A DNA stretch of 64,000 bases, taken from IMG/VR virus record IMGVR_UViG_3300050119_000104, positions 1 through 64,000 of that record. One strand, given 5' to 3'. Shown one piece after another: positions 9,820-19,208 of the stretch; positions within the stretch are counted from its first letter, which is position 1; every line of letters begins with the position of its first letter. Source of the stretch: a virus. The notes under the pieces are model-generated. The model had not been told where the DNA came from. It did not search any database and saw only the letters and a program-made list of their open reading frames with translations. The position numbers and the translations under genes were made by a program.

Positions 9820-10361
9820 GGCGCTACCCCAAATTCTGGCGTGCGAGGGTCAAGGTTGCGTTGCAGCGGGTCCATGCCGCCGAGTTTTTCGATAGCCGCA
9901 AGGCAAGCGCTAATCGCCTCGCAGTATCCCTTGGCGACAAGGTCTTGTTCCAGAAACGTGCCGCCGAGCGAGTTAATTTCATGCCACGCCTGATCAAGCG
10001 CCCAGTTAGCTTCCGCCTCGCTGTTGAGGCCGTTGCAAACGGCGGCTGCGATGGCAAGGTTTTCTTGCCTAGACAGTTCCCTAGCGCCAGTAGCCGCGAC
10101 ATCGACCCCGTCGCGGCTAACCCATCCCATTCCGTCATCGCCGCGCAATTCCCTAAAGCTGTATCCCTCTTTGTGGATCATGCGAGCCTCCCGATGCCGC
10201 GCGTGGCGATAAGGACGTTCGCCGCCGCGATGGGCGAGAAGCCCGACGCTAACAGGTGGGCTAGGCGTAATTGCTCTTCCGTGCGGAGGCGTGGCTGCTC
10301 GCCGCGCTTCGTGAGGGCGGTTTGTACTTTTACAAAGAAACTGTCGTTTTTCATGGGTCAT
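9816..10361 (-). CDS. IS cargo gene, hypothetical (true start may lie further downstream)
   Basis: 181-aa ORF overlapping the next cargo gene by ATGA. Confidence 0.5.
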   Translation of the reverse strand: MTHEKRQFLCKSTNRPHEARRAATPPHGRAITPSPPVSVGLLAHRGGERPYRHARHREARMIHKEGYSFRELRGDDGMGWVSRDGVDVAATGARELSRQENLAIAAAVCNGLNSEAEANWALDQAWHEINSLGGTFLEQDLVAKGYCEAISACLAAIEKLGGMDPLQRNLDPRTPEFGVAP

Positions 10362-10421
10362 CTCCTATCCAATGGCAGCAATCTATCAGAGGTATTTGTA
10401 TGTGTCAACCGGATAAGCATG

Positions 10422-10967
10422 ATCGGGATGATTGCTCGACCGTTTGAAACATTCCCGCGCGTGATGCGCGAGTTGTTTCATGTCGGCGCTGAATGGGCGC
10501 TTCTGGCCTTTTTCCCATTTCTGATCGGGGTTGAGACCAGAAAAGCTCCAAATATGTCCGACTGTCGGGCACTTCTCGATGTCGATGTGAGCAAGATAAC
10601 CGGCCGCGACCACCGGGCCAATGCCGATCTGCTCCATCATCCATCGACCAACAGAAGACACCTGAGCGTATTCGCCAAGAGCCTTGGCGATGTCCTTCTC
10701 AAGTCGGACCTGTTCGTCGATGTAGTGTTGAAGCAGGAAGGCAATTTGAGTCTTGCCTTCTACGGTCTCAGCATCATCACCGATTTCCGGCTGGATGTTT
10801 TCGACCGGCGTCTTATCGCCGATGTGGCGGGTCTGCATGTCGCCAGCTTTGCGCTTATCCTGCGCGTCGTGGTAGTTGAAAACCAGCGCCCGAACTTCAG
10901 GGGCTGTCATTTTGGTAGCAGTGAAAACTAGCTCAGACGAGAGCGGGGTTCGGGGAGTACGTTTCAT
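10422..10967 (-). pseudogene. N-terminal part of the Tas-like (TasA-type, Nop domain, no nuclease) protein
   Basis: Coiled-coil EVRALVFNYHDAQDKRK, GIGPVVAAG, HIWSFSGLNP, KRPFSADMK; no N-terminal DEDD RuvC; rejoined product about 302 aa. Confidence 0.8.
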
Positions 10968-11345
10968 GTGAGTGTCCTTTGTTTGCACATGGTTGGGTTC
11001 CTAACGGAGATGGATGGAAACATCAATCGAATAATTTTTGGTTTTATAGTTAAACGATCACGTCGCTTCTACGTTTCATGTCGGGTGGCTCCGCTCCTAT
11101 TTGTGATCGTCACACCAATCACCGCCGAAGGCCAGTTCACATAGGTCAGATAGTCAATGCACTGCTGCAATGTTCGCCGTGAGCCGGCCCACTTTCCAGC
11201 AACGTAAATGTCATGAAGAATCGTGTCACCCGTCTCAGGGTCGTGGAACGTCGTTGACTCCGCGCGCGAGGTTTTCGCGCTGATAGTTTTGCAGTGAGTA
11301 GGTCACCCCGGCGGCCCCGTCAAGTGCGGAGGCGCATGACTGGAG

Positions 11346-11470
<125 letters not shown>

Positions 11471-11759
11471 CGTGTGCGTGTGCGTCTTCGTCGCTTCCAT
11501 TTTCTTGATAGGGCATGGCGTGAGTTTTAGCAGCGGCGCATTATCGAACGTGATGGGTTTGGGGATATTCTCTTCGGGGCCGCACGCATGCGCGCCAACA
11601 ACGATGATGCCGAGAGCGAGCACAAGACCAAATAATCGACTCGCGTAGCGCTTGAAGCACGGCGGCGACTTCGCGCCAGCCGCGACCGAAAATAGCGGGT
11701 GACCGTGGAAGCGTTCCAGATACGCGCGAGCGATAGGCAGGGTGTTGGTCATGTACCGT

Positions 11760-11990
11760 TCACCCTCCGGCGGTCCGGGTCTGTTTCCCAAATCCAGCCG
11801 GTTCGGTGCCAATCTGCAGCTCGCCCGGCGGCAATCCAGTCGTCCATATTTTTGCCATCCCTCCTACTCGGATGACCGCATCCTTGAGATCGACGCGGTA
11901 GAGGGCGATCAAAGCTTTCTCAAGCTCTGGCGTCATCACCACTTTGGCAGCACCGCTATTGATCATTTTCTTTTTTACTCTTTCCGCCAC
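11760..11990 (-). CDS. Hypothetical protein
   Basis: 76-aa ORF with AAGAG RBS, downstream of a TTGACA site near 12025. Confidence 0.45.
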   Translation of the reverse strand: MAERVKKKMINSGAAKVVMTPELEKALIALYRVDLKDAVIRVGGMAKIWTTGLPPGELQIGTEPAGFGKQTRTAGG

Positions 11991-12359
11991 GGCAAAGACT
12001 TCTGATACGCATCGTAGCGAATGTCAAGCTCGCGATCCACGCAGCGTCGGTTTTCTTTTTTACTTTAGCGCGAGCGTGCGCATTCTTTTTAGAGCGGGTG
12101 ATTTCACACTCGACACACTGGCCGCAGGCCGCTGTGACCTTTTGGACAGGGCTTACCCTGATAGTGAGTGAGTCCGATGCGGTCGCTCATTGTTCCCACG
12201 GTTCGCGCGGCGTGAGCTTGACCTTTTTAGTATAGCGCACCCGGCGCGGGCGAGGGAGCGTCGGGTCCATCGAGCAATGCTTCTCGTTCAGCGCGATGGT
12301 TGACGAGGTACAGATAGACCGCGCCGAGGATGAGAGTGATCGTTTCCATTGGTTCTTTT

Positions 12360-12833
12360 TTACTCTGGTTGACTGGCGTCTCGCCTAGCCTTTTGAAGCG
12401 CATCGAAGCGTTTGTCAAGCTCGCGATTTTCTAGGCGCAGTTCCTCAGCGTCGGTTTTCCTTTTTGCCTTGGCGATGGCTCTGTGCGTGTTTCGAGTGGC
12501 GACGGTGCTGCATTCAACACATGCACCTCCCTTGACGTAGCGCCTTCCGCTGTGGCCGTGCGGGCATGGTTTGCCATCATAGTGGATGAGTCCGGCGTGA
12601 CAGGCTTGTGCTCGGGTGATCAAATCCCATGGTTCAAGTTGTGAGTAACTCAATCCTGCCGCCGCGATCCGCCCCCGTTTGATTGATTGATATCTAAGTT
12701 CCTCACATCGCACGCATAAATCACTTCTGACATAGCGTATCCCGCCATGACCATGAGGACACGGGAGGCCGATGTATTTTCGGGCGATTTTTCTCATAGA
12801 ACGGCGTATTACATAGATCAGGTTGGCTGTCAA
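12360..12833 (-). CDS. Protein with two Y-x-G-x-PCPxGH...RY...CxxC zinc-binding repeats
   Basis: YIGLPCPHGHGGIRYVRSDLCVRC and YDGKPCPHGHSGRRYVKGGACVEC, a module often found in phage HNH N-termini; no HNH core seen. Confidence 0.65.
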   Translation of the reverse strand: MTANLIYVIRRSMRKIARKYIGLPCPHGHGGIRYVRSDLCVRCEELRYQSIKRGRIAAAGLSYSQLEPWDLITRAQACHAGLIHYDGKPCPHGHSGRRYVKGGACVECSTVATRNTHRAIAKAKRKTDAEELRLENRELDKRFDALQKARRDASQPE

Positions 12834-12839
12834 CAGTTA

Positions 12840-13700
12840 GGTTTTCAATTTGGCTATCTCAGCACTCTCGGATCGTTCTCAGATTATCCGAGATGGGCAA
12901 AGCTTTATTTATCAATTACTTAGATCACTATCTCATCATTCTCATCAATTTGAGAGATAGATTGATAGAGTAGTACTATAGGTTGTAGTAGGTACATGTA
13001 ATACACTGCGTAGGAAATGACTTGGCGAGATGCTGAGTATGCTGAGAGCGAGCCCAAAAGGGGGCTTAAGTCATTGATAACACTGATAAACACTCATCTC
13101 AGATAGTGGTAAATCATCCGAGAGGTATCCGAGAATGGATGCGCCTTACGCGATATGGCTGACTCCCGGCGTCGGCTCGACCGGATCATTGAAGAATTCC
13201 TCTTTCTCGGGCCGCGTTAACCTTAACGCTTAACCTTGCTCGCGTACGAAGTCTGCCCACCAAAAAATCCCCTGTATTATCAAGTACTTAGCTCACCCGT
13301 CTGCCCACGATCCTTTCTTTTTTACATTAACAGTGCCCCTTTAGGCCCACTATATAGTGTATATTTAAGGTTAATATGCCCACTGAGGCTAAAAGTTAAG
13401 GTTAACCGCGTCGGTTGGGTGGCTGTTAACCTTTATTAACGAGCGGTCAGTCGTATTTAACCTTAATTCTATACTATAGTTGCGCCGCTCGGTCGCATTA
13501 ACCTTAATTCTATACTATGGTTGCGCCTTGAGGACTCGAAGTTTTCTTTTTTACCCAGCCGCATTAACCATGGTGGGCAAATTAACCCTCTCGAAGGTTG
13601 GTGCTTGACAAGTCCCGGAGGGTGGCTCAGCTACGGGGAAGGTCTACTAAATTGATCGACTATGTGCAAAACGTATGAGGGGTACAATCTGTGCTTCGTG
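12840..13700. other. AT-rich non-coding divergent region with iterated motifs (origin or control region)
   Basis: Repeated TCTCAG/ATCCGAGA motifs (12856-13140), about a dozen TTAACC/GGTTAA motifs (13217-13590), 30-bp direct repeat at 13457-13486 and 13498-13527; gene orientation switches here. Confidence 0.65.
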
Positions 13701-13768
13701 CGATTTTCTCAAAAAGAATAAATAAAAAAGAATAAATAAAAAAGAACCATCAATTTTCTCAAAGCGAA

Positions 13769-14021
13769 CATGCTTATCCGGTTGATGCCCAATGCTTGAC
13801 AGCCACCTGGAATTTTGCTTTTCTCCATTCCGACAATCGCCTCCGATTGATTGGGGGTATCTAAAGACCATGTTTCCGTCGTCTGTTCGCGCCGAAAGGT
13901 AATCCGAGAGGTAGAACGGCGATGAATAAGGTCCATTTCGGTGGACCGCGCAGAGTGCTCTGCGTCCTGTAGAGGAGAGCCGGGTTCGTGTCGCCCATTG
14001 GGCGTCAACCGGATAAGCACG
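13769..14021 (+). mobile_element. IS1595-type MITE/omega-RNA-like cassette (copy C, 253 bp)
   Basis: TIRs CATGCTTATCCGGTTGA(T)GCCCAATG / CATTGGGCGTCAACCGGATAAGCACG; no direct TSD. Confidence 0.92.
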
Positions 14022-14051
14022 CGCTTTGTCATTCGGAAACCGGTTCACACA

Positions 14052-14594
14052 ATGACCAACATCATGCTCGATATCGAAACGCTCGGACTGGACTCGACTG
14101 CCGTCGTCCTCAGCATCGGCGTGACCAAATTCACACTGAATGAAGCGGCACCACTGATCGGCGACTCAATGTTGTGGACGCCAAACTTGGCGGAGCAATT
14201 CGCCAAAGGCCGCAACGTCAACCACTCCACGCTCGACTTCTGGCGCAAGCAACCAGACGCAGCCAAAGCGAGTTGGCTCTATCCGTCGAAACCCGAACCC
14301 GTTCATACGGCACTCACCGAATTGAGCCAGTTCATTAGTAGCGACTACGAAGTCATGATGTGGGCCAACGGGATCACGTTCGACTTCGGCATCATGGCGT
14401 CGCTCTATCATGACTTTGAAATCCAGGTGCCGTGGAAGTACAACGCAGTCCGCGACGCACGAACCATCTATCGCGTGCTGCCAAAGATACGAACGCGGCC
14501 GGAAGGATCGGAGCAAGGCCCTGAACATGATCCGGTCGCCGATTGCATCTTCCAAATTTGGAATCTGTGGGAGCATTGGCCATTCGGCAATTGA
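14052..14594 (+). CDS. DEDDh 3'-5' exonuclease (phage exonuclease VIII/RNase T-like)
   Basis: IMLDIETLG, WANGITFD, RDART, HDPVAD motifs. Confidence 0.85.
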   Translation: MTNIMLDIETLGLDSTAVVLSIGVTKFTLNEAAPLIGDSMLWTPNLAEQFAKGRNVNHSTLDFWRKQPDAAKASWLYPSKPEPVHTALTELSQFISSDYEVMMWANGITFDFGIMASLYHDFEIQVPWKYNAVRDARTIYRVLPKIRTRPEGSEQGPEHDPVADCIFQIWNLWEHWPFGN

Positions 14595-14636
14595 CATCCG
14601 CACACTGTCGTGCCAATTTTCAGAAATGCACTGGAG

Positions 14637-14871
14637 CATGCTTATCCGGTTGACGCCCAATGCTTGACAGCCACCTGGAATTTTGCTTTTCTCCGTTCCG
14701 ACAATCGCCTCCGATTGATTGGAGGTAGCTAATGTTTCCGTCGTCCGTTCGCGCCGAAAGGTAGAACGGCGATGAATAAGGTCCATTTCGGTGGATCGCG
14801 CAGAGTGCTCTGCGTCCTGTAGAGGAGAGCCGGGTTCGTGTCGCCCATTGGGCGTCAACCGGATAAGCACG
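14637..14871 (+). mobile_element. IS1595-type MITE (copy D, 235 bp)
   Basis: Both TIRs; 8-bp TSD CACTGGAG. Confidence 0.95.
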
Positions 14872-15219
14872 CACTGGAGTAAGCGCAGGGCGGCTAACTG
14901 GTGCCGTCATTGTGATCTTGAAAGCATGAAAGAACAACGCAGTTGTTGATGACGGACTTAAACACGCAGATGGCGATTTCTTTGCCGAAGTCGGCATCTA
15001 TGAGAATTCCTGAAACTGGCAGTGGAGTCGCCGTGATAGCGAAGCTGATCACGCTGTGGCGGGCGATGAAGCGCCCAATCCCAACATGACCGTGACCAAC
15101 GAAGAGTTAGAAGTCGCCTGCCGTGCCACGTATGGACCAATGGACCGGATGCCCGGTGAGAAGCGGCAGTACGCTCGAAAGTTCTTAGAAGCCGTCGATG
15201 CGTATCGAGCGCGGCCCAC

Positions 15220-15453
15220 ATGACCGCGACCATTCTAAAATTTCCGACTCCCGCCACTGTGACCCTTCGCGACGAGCGCTCGGTCCAAGCGTGGATCGAT
15301 GAGCTAGTGTCTGACCATCCCGAGCTTGGGGGTATGGAGCTTGAGGAAATTTTTGTGAAGTACATCTGCGAAGGAATACCAAACCCTATTCAATCAAGCC
15401 TTGGCGCGCGCATACTTTTCAGATCGAAAGTTCGCTACGTTCCACCCCGTTAG
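15220..15453 (+). CDS. Hypothetical protein
   Basis: 77-aa ORF. Confidence 0.4.
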   Translation: MTATILKFPTPATVTLRDERSVQAWIDELVSDHPELGGMELEEIFVKYICEGIPNPIQSSLGARILFRSKVRYVPPR

Positions 15454-15471
15454 CTCAGTGATAGAAGGCTT

Positions 15472-15706
15472 CATGCTTATCCGGTTGACGCCCAATGCTT
15501 GACAGCCACCTGGAATTTTGCTTTTCTCCGTTCCGACAATCGCCTCCGATTGATTGGAGGTAGCTAATGTTTCCGTCGTCCGTTCGCGCCGAAAGGTAGA
15601 ACGGCGATGAATAAGGTCCATTTCGGTGGATCGCGCAGAGTGCTCTGCGTCCTGTAGAGGAGAGCCGGGTTCGTGTCGCCCATTGGGCGTCAACCGGATA
15701 AGCACG
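15472..15706 (+). mobile_element. IS1595-type MITE (copy E, 235 bp) inserted at the tip of the TnpB element's left TIR
   Basis: Both TIRs; 8-bp TSD GAAGGCTT. Confidence 0.95.
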
Positions 15707-15707
15707 G

Positions 15708-16846
15708 AAGGCTTATCCGGTTGATACCCACAGGCGCTAAATCCAGATGATCTTGACCTACAAATATCGCATCAAGAACCGGAACGCCAAGTCGGCTTTG
15801 CGCCGCCACGCCTTTGCGGTCAATCAGGTGTGGAATTACTGCTGTGCGCAACAGCGCGATATCGAGTCGCGTTATCGGGCCGGAGCGCCGAAGCGCAAAT
15901 GGGCGTCACACTATGACTTGCAACGCCTCTGCAAAGGCGCGGGAGCGATGTTTGGCATTCACCAACAGACCATCGGCGGCGTGTGCCGAACTTTCGCGCA
16001 AGCCCGCGACAAGGCTCGGCACGCCCCGGCGTTCCGCAAGAGCTACGGCGTGAAACGGTCCTTGGGTTGGATACCGTTTGAGGGCCAAAGCCGCCAGATC
16101 AAAGACGGCGTTGTAACCTATCTCGGCAAACGCTTCTACCTTTGGGGCCTCAAGCGGCGGCCTATTCCCGCTACGGTCAAGGGCGGCGCGTTCGTAGAGG
16201 ATGCCTTGGGGCGTTGGTATGTGTGCCTCACGGTTGAGGTCGAACGCACCCCCGCAACCGGCAACAAGGCCATCGGCATCGATTTAGGACTGAAAAGCCT
16301 CGCCACGCTCAGTGATGGCCGCAAGATCGAGGCACCACAAATCTATCGCCGATATGAACAACAGCTTGCCGCGCTACAGCGCGCAGGAAAGCGGCGTCAT
16401 GCGAAGCGGTTGCACGCGAAGATCAAAGCGTGCAGGGCTGATTTTCTACATAAGATTTCGACGGAGCTTGCTGGTCAGAACGCGATCATCGCAGTGGGCA
16501 ATGTCAATGCACGCGCCTTGGCGTCCAAGTCAGTCCTTGATGCCGGGTGGTCCTCATTCCGAAAGATGCTCGCCTACAAGGCGACCGACTATCGGGAGGT
16601 GGACGAAAGGTTCACGACCCAAGATTGTTCGGCGTGCGGTGCACGCGGTGGCCCAAAAGGTCAAAAAGGTCTTGGAATAAGGCAATGGCAATGTTCATCC
16701 TGTGGCGAAAGCCATGACCGCGATGTGAACGCGGCTTTGAACATTCTCGCCATTGCCCGGCGCAGTGCTGCGCCGCCTGTTGAGGAATACCGGAGAGCGG
16801 CATGACACAGGATTTAGTGCCCGTGGGTGTCAACCGGATAAGCACG
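15708..16846 (+). mobile_element. Non-autonomous IS1595-TIR element carrying tnpB
   Basis: Left GCTTATCCGGTTGATACCCACAGGCGCTAAATC versus reverse complement of right end GCTTATCCGGTTGACACCCACGGGCACTAAATC (30/33 identical); no IS605 end hairpins. Confidence 0.85.
15747..16805 (+). CDS. tnpB: TnpB RNA-guided nuclease with rearranged RuvC-II
   Basis: GIDLGLK, AVGNV, VDERFTTQDCSAC, CSSCGESHDRDVNAALNI. Confidence 0.95.
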   Translation: MILTYKYRIKNRNAKSALRRHAFAVNQVWNYCCAQQRDIESRYRAGAPKRKWASHYDLQRLCKGAGAMFGIHQQTIGGVCRTFAQARDKARHAPAFRKSYGVKRSLGWIPFEGQSRQIKDGVVTYLGKRFYLWGLKRRPIPATVKGGAFVEDALGRWYVCLTVEVERTPATGNKAIGIDLGLKSLATLSDGRKIEAPQIYRRYEQQLAALQRAGKRRHAKRLHAKIKACRADFLHKISTELAGQNAIIAVGNVNARALASKSVLDAGWSSFRKMLAYKATDYREVDERFTTQDCSACGARGGPKGQKGLGIRQWQCSSCGESHDRDVNAALNILAIARRSAAPPVEEYRRAA

Positions 16847-16934
16847 CCAAGGGCTAGATCATGCCTACGCAATGTGGACTGTACGTGTCCCATTATGGGA
16901 CAGTCGAGGCGGCGGCCTTCATATAGGGTCAAAA

Positions 16935-17111
16935 ATGAAACCGAAAAAATACTACCGCATGTTCGCAGCGAAGCGCGACGGCGTACTCAATTGCGGCTTC
17001 ATTTCGTTCACTGCGGCCAACGTGCGCTACCGAGTCGGTCTGCTTTATGAGGGCTGGCAGCGAGCAAAGAAAAAAGGTTGGCGCGTCGTGCGAGTTTGGA
17101 TTAGTGAATGA
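16935..17111 (+). CDS. Hypothetical protein
   Basis: Short basic ORF. Confidence 0.4.
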   Translation: MKPKKYYRMFAAKRDGVLNCGFISFTAANVRYRVGLLYEGWQRAKKKGWRVVRVWISE

Positions 17112-17359
17112 AGTGCCCCCACTGTGGCAACGCCATCAAAGCATCGACGGAGGAAATAATTCAGTCGGTGATCGACGCGTTCGCCATCGGCGCGGTCGTT
17201 CTTGATTTTGGGGACAGAGGTTTTGTAACGTACCCACGCAATCCGCAAGACACGATCACGTTGGACCGAGAGTGACCATGAGCCTTGAACAGTGGGCCGG
17301 AGAATATGTCAATTTCGATGAGCTTGGCATCCAGGATCGAAAGAGCGGAAGATACTCAC

Positions 17360-17539
17360 ATGAGTTTTCATTGCCCCAACTGTGATAGCCCGACCGTCGT
17401 GCGCGAGACTCGTGGAGAAGTTCGCATGCGCCGATGCAAAGGCTGCAATAAAGTTTTCCGCACGGAAGAGACCGAACTGGAAGAACCACGAGCACCAAAC
17501 AAACCCGGCAAGCCAAAAAAGAAAGTAACACGACGATGA
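17360..17539 (+). CDS. Small Zn-ribbon protein (Ogr/Delta or NrdR N-terminus-like)
   Basis: CPNC...RMRRCKGCNKVFRTEE. Confidence 0.6.
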   Translation: MSFHCPNCDSPTVVRETRGEVRMRRCKGCNKVFRTEETELEEPRAPNKPGKPKKKVTRR

Positions 17540-18025
17540 AACACCCAATAGCCCTCATCATGCTCGGGATAGTCTGATGACCTGGGGTAGCAATCCATCT
17601 TACGATATCGTTCCATGCCCTTGGTGCGGCAATGACATGGTGGACAACACGGACGAATGGCCAACCACTCACATGATGCAATGCCCCCAACGCGGTAATA
17701 AAGCCGTGAGGCCTTCCGTGCTCGTACTCTTGATCTGCGGTTATGCCGCCATGGCTCTGCTCTTTGCGAGTGTGTTAGGACTTATCTAATAGCCGCCCTT
17801 GACACCGAGACTTTTTTAGATCAAAAAGAAAATGGCAGGCACGAGTGTGAGGACCAGAGCAGTGCAGGTTGAAGAGCAGTGCGGTTCAAAACAGTCGGGC
17901 CTGTTGGAATTTCAGTCACGGTTCAACATGATCGTAAACGTCGCACGTAACATTCCTCAGGCCAGGGCATTGGCCGTTGAGCCTCCCAAGCGAACGCTAA
18001 GGCTCAGCTTTTCGCGGTTGATCAC

Positions 18026-18253
18026 ATGACACGCGGAAGGCGCACCAATGACGCACGGATCGGGGCGATGCTCGCGGCCGAAAAAATCTACGGCAGCGCA
18101 GGATGCGCAATTTGCGGCGGTGTCGAGAGGTACGCGTCGAGTGGAGCGTGCGTTGCTTGCTCTAAATGGCAGGCGCGTCAGCGCTACGTTGTCAACCGAG
18201 TGGAGATCGCTAAGGCTGATGCTGCCCGTTACCAAGCGAGGAAGTTGAAATGA
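18026..18253 (+). CDS. Small Cys-motif protein
   Basis: CAICGGVERYASSGACVAC, similar module to the 12360..12833 product. Confidence 0.5.
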   Translation: MTRGRRTNDARIGAMLAAEKIYGSAGCAICGGVERYASSGACVACSKWQARQRYVVNRVEIAKADAARYQARKLK

Positions 18254-18451
18254 TTTGGGTACTCATGATCATGGACAACGACGGGGCTGACGGGGATTGC
18301 CGACGCATTGTCTCTGTTCACAAAACAGAAGAGGGTGCGGCCGCAGCAGAAAAATTTATCGCGCATCAGCACTCTTGGATCGATGGCCCTTACGTATTGA
18401 TGGATTGAGGAATGGAACAGGAGATGGTGCGAGATAGCTTGCGTGCGACTC

Positions 18452-18707
18452 CAATCTTATCCGCCGGTTGACGCCCAATGCTTGACAGCCACCTGGAATT
18501 TTGCTTTTCTCCGTTCCGACAATCGCCTCCGATTGATTGGGGGTAGCTAAAGACCATGTTTCCGTCGTCCGTTCGCGCCGAAAGGTAATCCGAGAGGTAG
18601 AACGGCGATGAATAAGGTCCATTTCGGTGGACCGCGCAGAGTGCTCTGCGTCCTGTAGAGGAGAGCCGGGTTCGTGTCGCCCATTGGGCGTCAACCGGAT
18701 AAGCACG
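18452..18707 (+). mobile_element. IS1595-type MITE (copy G), left TIR degenerate
   Basis: CAATCTTATCCGCCGGTTGACGCCC (3-nt insertion); right TIR intact; no TSD. Confidence 0.9.
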
Positions 18708-18726
18708 ACTGCGCCCGTGAGGTTGG

Positions 18727-18966
18727 ATGATGCCTGACGACAGAGTGTGTGAGGACGGCGAGTTTTGCATCTGTATAAGAAATGATTGGGATCGCGAGAC
18801 GTGTGAGCTTTTCCATTTCCCAAGTCCCAAAACGCTGCGCTCCGGCCGCTCGACTATGCTCACCGAATTGCGCGACCAGGGGCACGACCGCATCCGCAAA
18901 GAGAATGCCGAGACCCGCGACCGCCGCGCTGCGCTCCGCGCTACGCTGCCTAGGAAACATCGATGA
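18727..18966 (+). CDS. Hypothetical protein between two MITEs
   Basis: 79-aa ORF with GAGG RBS. Confidence 0.4.
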   Translation: MMPDDRVCEDGEFCICIRNDWDRETCELFHFPSPKTLRSGRSTMLTELRDQGHDRIRKENAETRDRRAALRATLPRKHR

Positions 18967-18973
18967 CAGAATA

Positions 18974-19208
18974 GCCCAATGCTTGACAGCCACCTGGAAT
19001 TTTGCTTTTCTCCGTTCCGACAATCGCCTCCGATTGATTGGGGGTAACTAAAGACCATGTTTCCGTCGTCCGTTCGCGCCGAAAGGTAATCCGAGAGGTA
19101 GAACGGCGATGAATAAGGTCCATTTCGGTGGATCGCGCAGAGTGCTCTGCGTCCTGTAGAGGAGAGCCGGGTTCGTGTCGCCCATTGGGCGTCAACCGGA
19201 TAAGCACG
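18974..19208 (+). mobile_element. IS1595-type MITE (copy H), left TIR deleted
   Basis: Begins at GCCCAATGCTTGACAG; right TIR intact. Confidence 0.9.

Larger units (their letters stand above)
8172..10421 (-). mobile_element. IS1595-family (ISSod11-type) transporter IS with three cargo genes
   Basis: TIRs CATGCTTATCCGGTT(T)GA..CATACA at both ends; 8-bp target duplication ATCGGGAT at 8164-8171 and 10422-10429; contains transposase. Confidence 0.92.

Noticed and set aside
8218-10931. Long plus-strand ORFs 8218..9993 and 9798..10931
   Set aside because: Antisense shadows of the transposase, cargo and Tas-like genes; no motifs
10422-10967. IS110 transposase
   Set aside because: No N-terminal DEDD RuvC domain and no IS110-like element ends; the adjacent dual-repeat array favours a Tas-type protein
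15443-15471. tRNA gene (CCCCGTTAGCTCAGTGATAGA)
   Set aside because: Only a 5' D-arm-like start; no anticodon or T arm on either side of the inserted elements
15715-16833. IS605 element inserted at TTGAT inside a palindrome
   Set aside because: TTGAT and TCAA are present, but the inverted repeat extends about 20 nt inside them, IS605 hairpins are absent, and sister elements have 8-bp TSDs outside the full TIR
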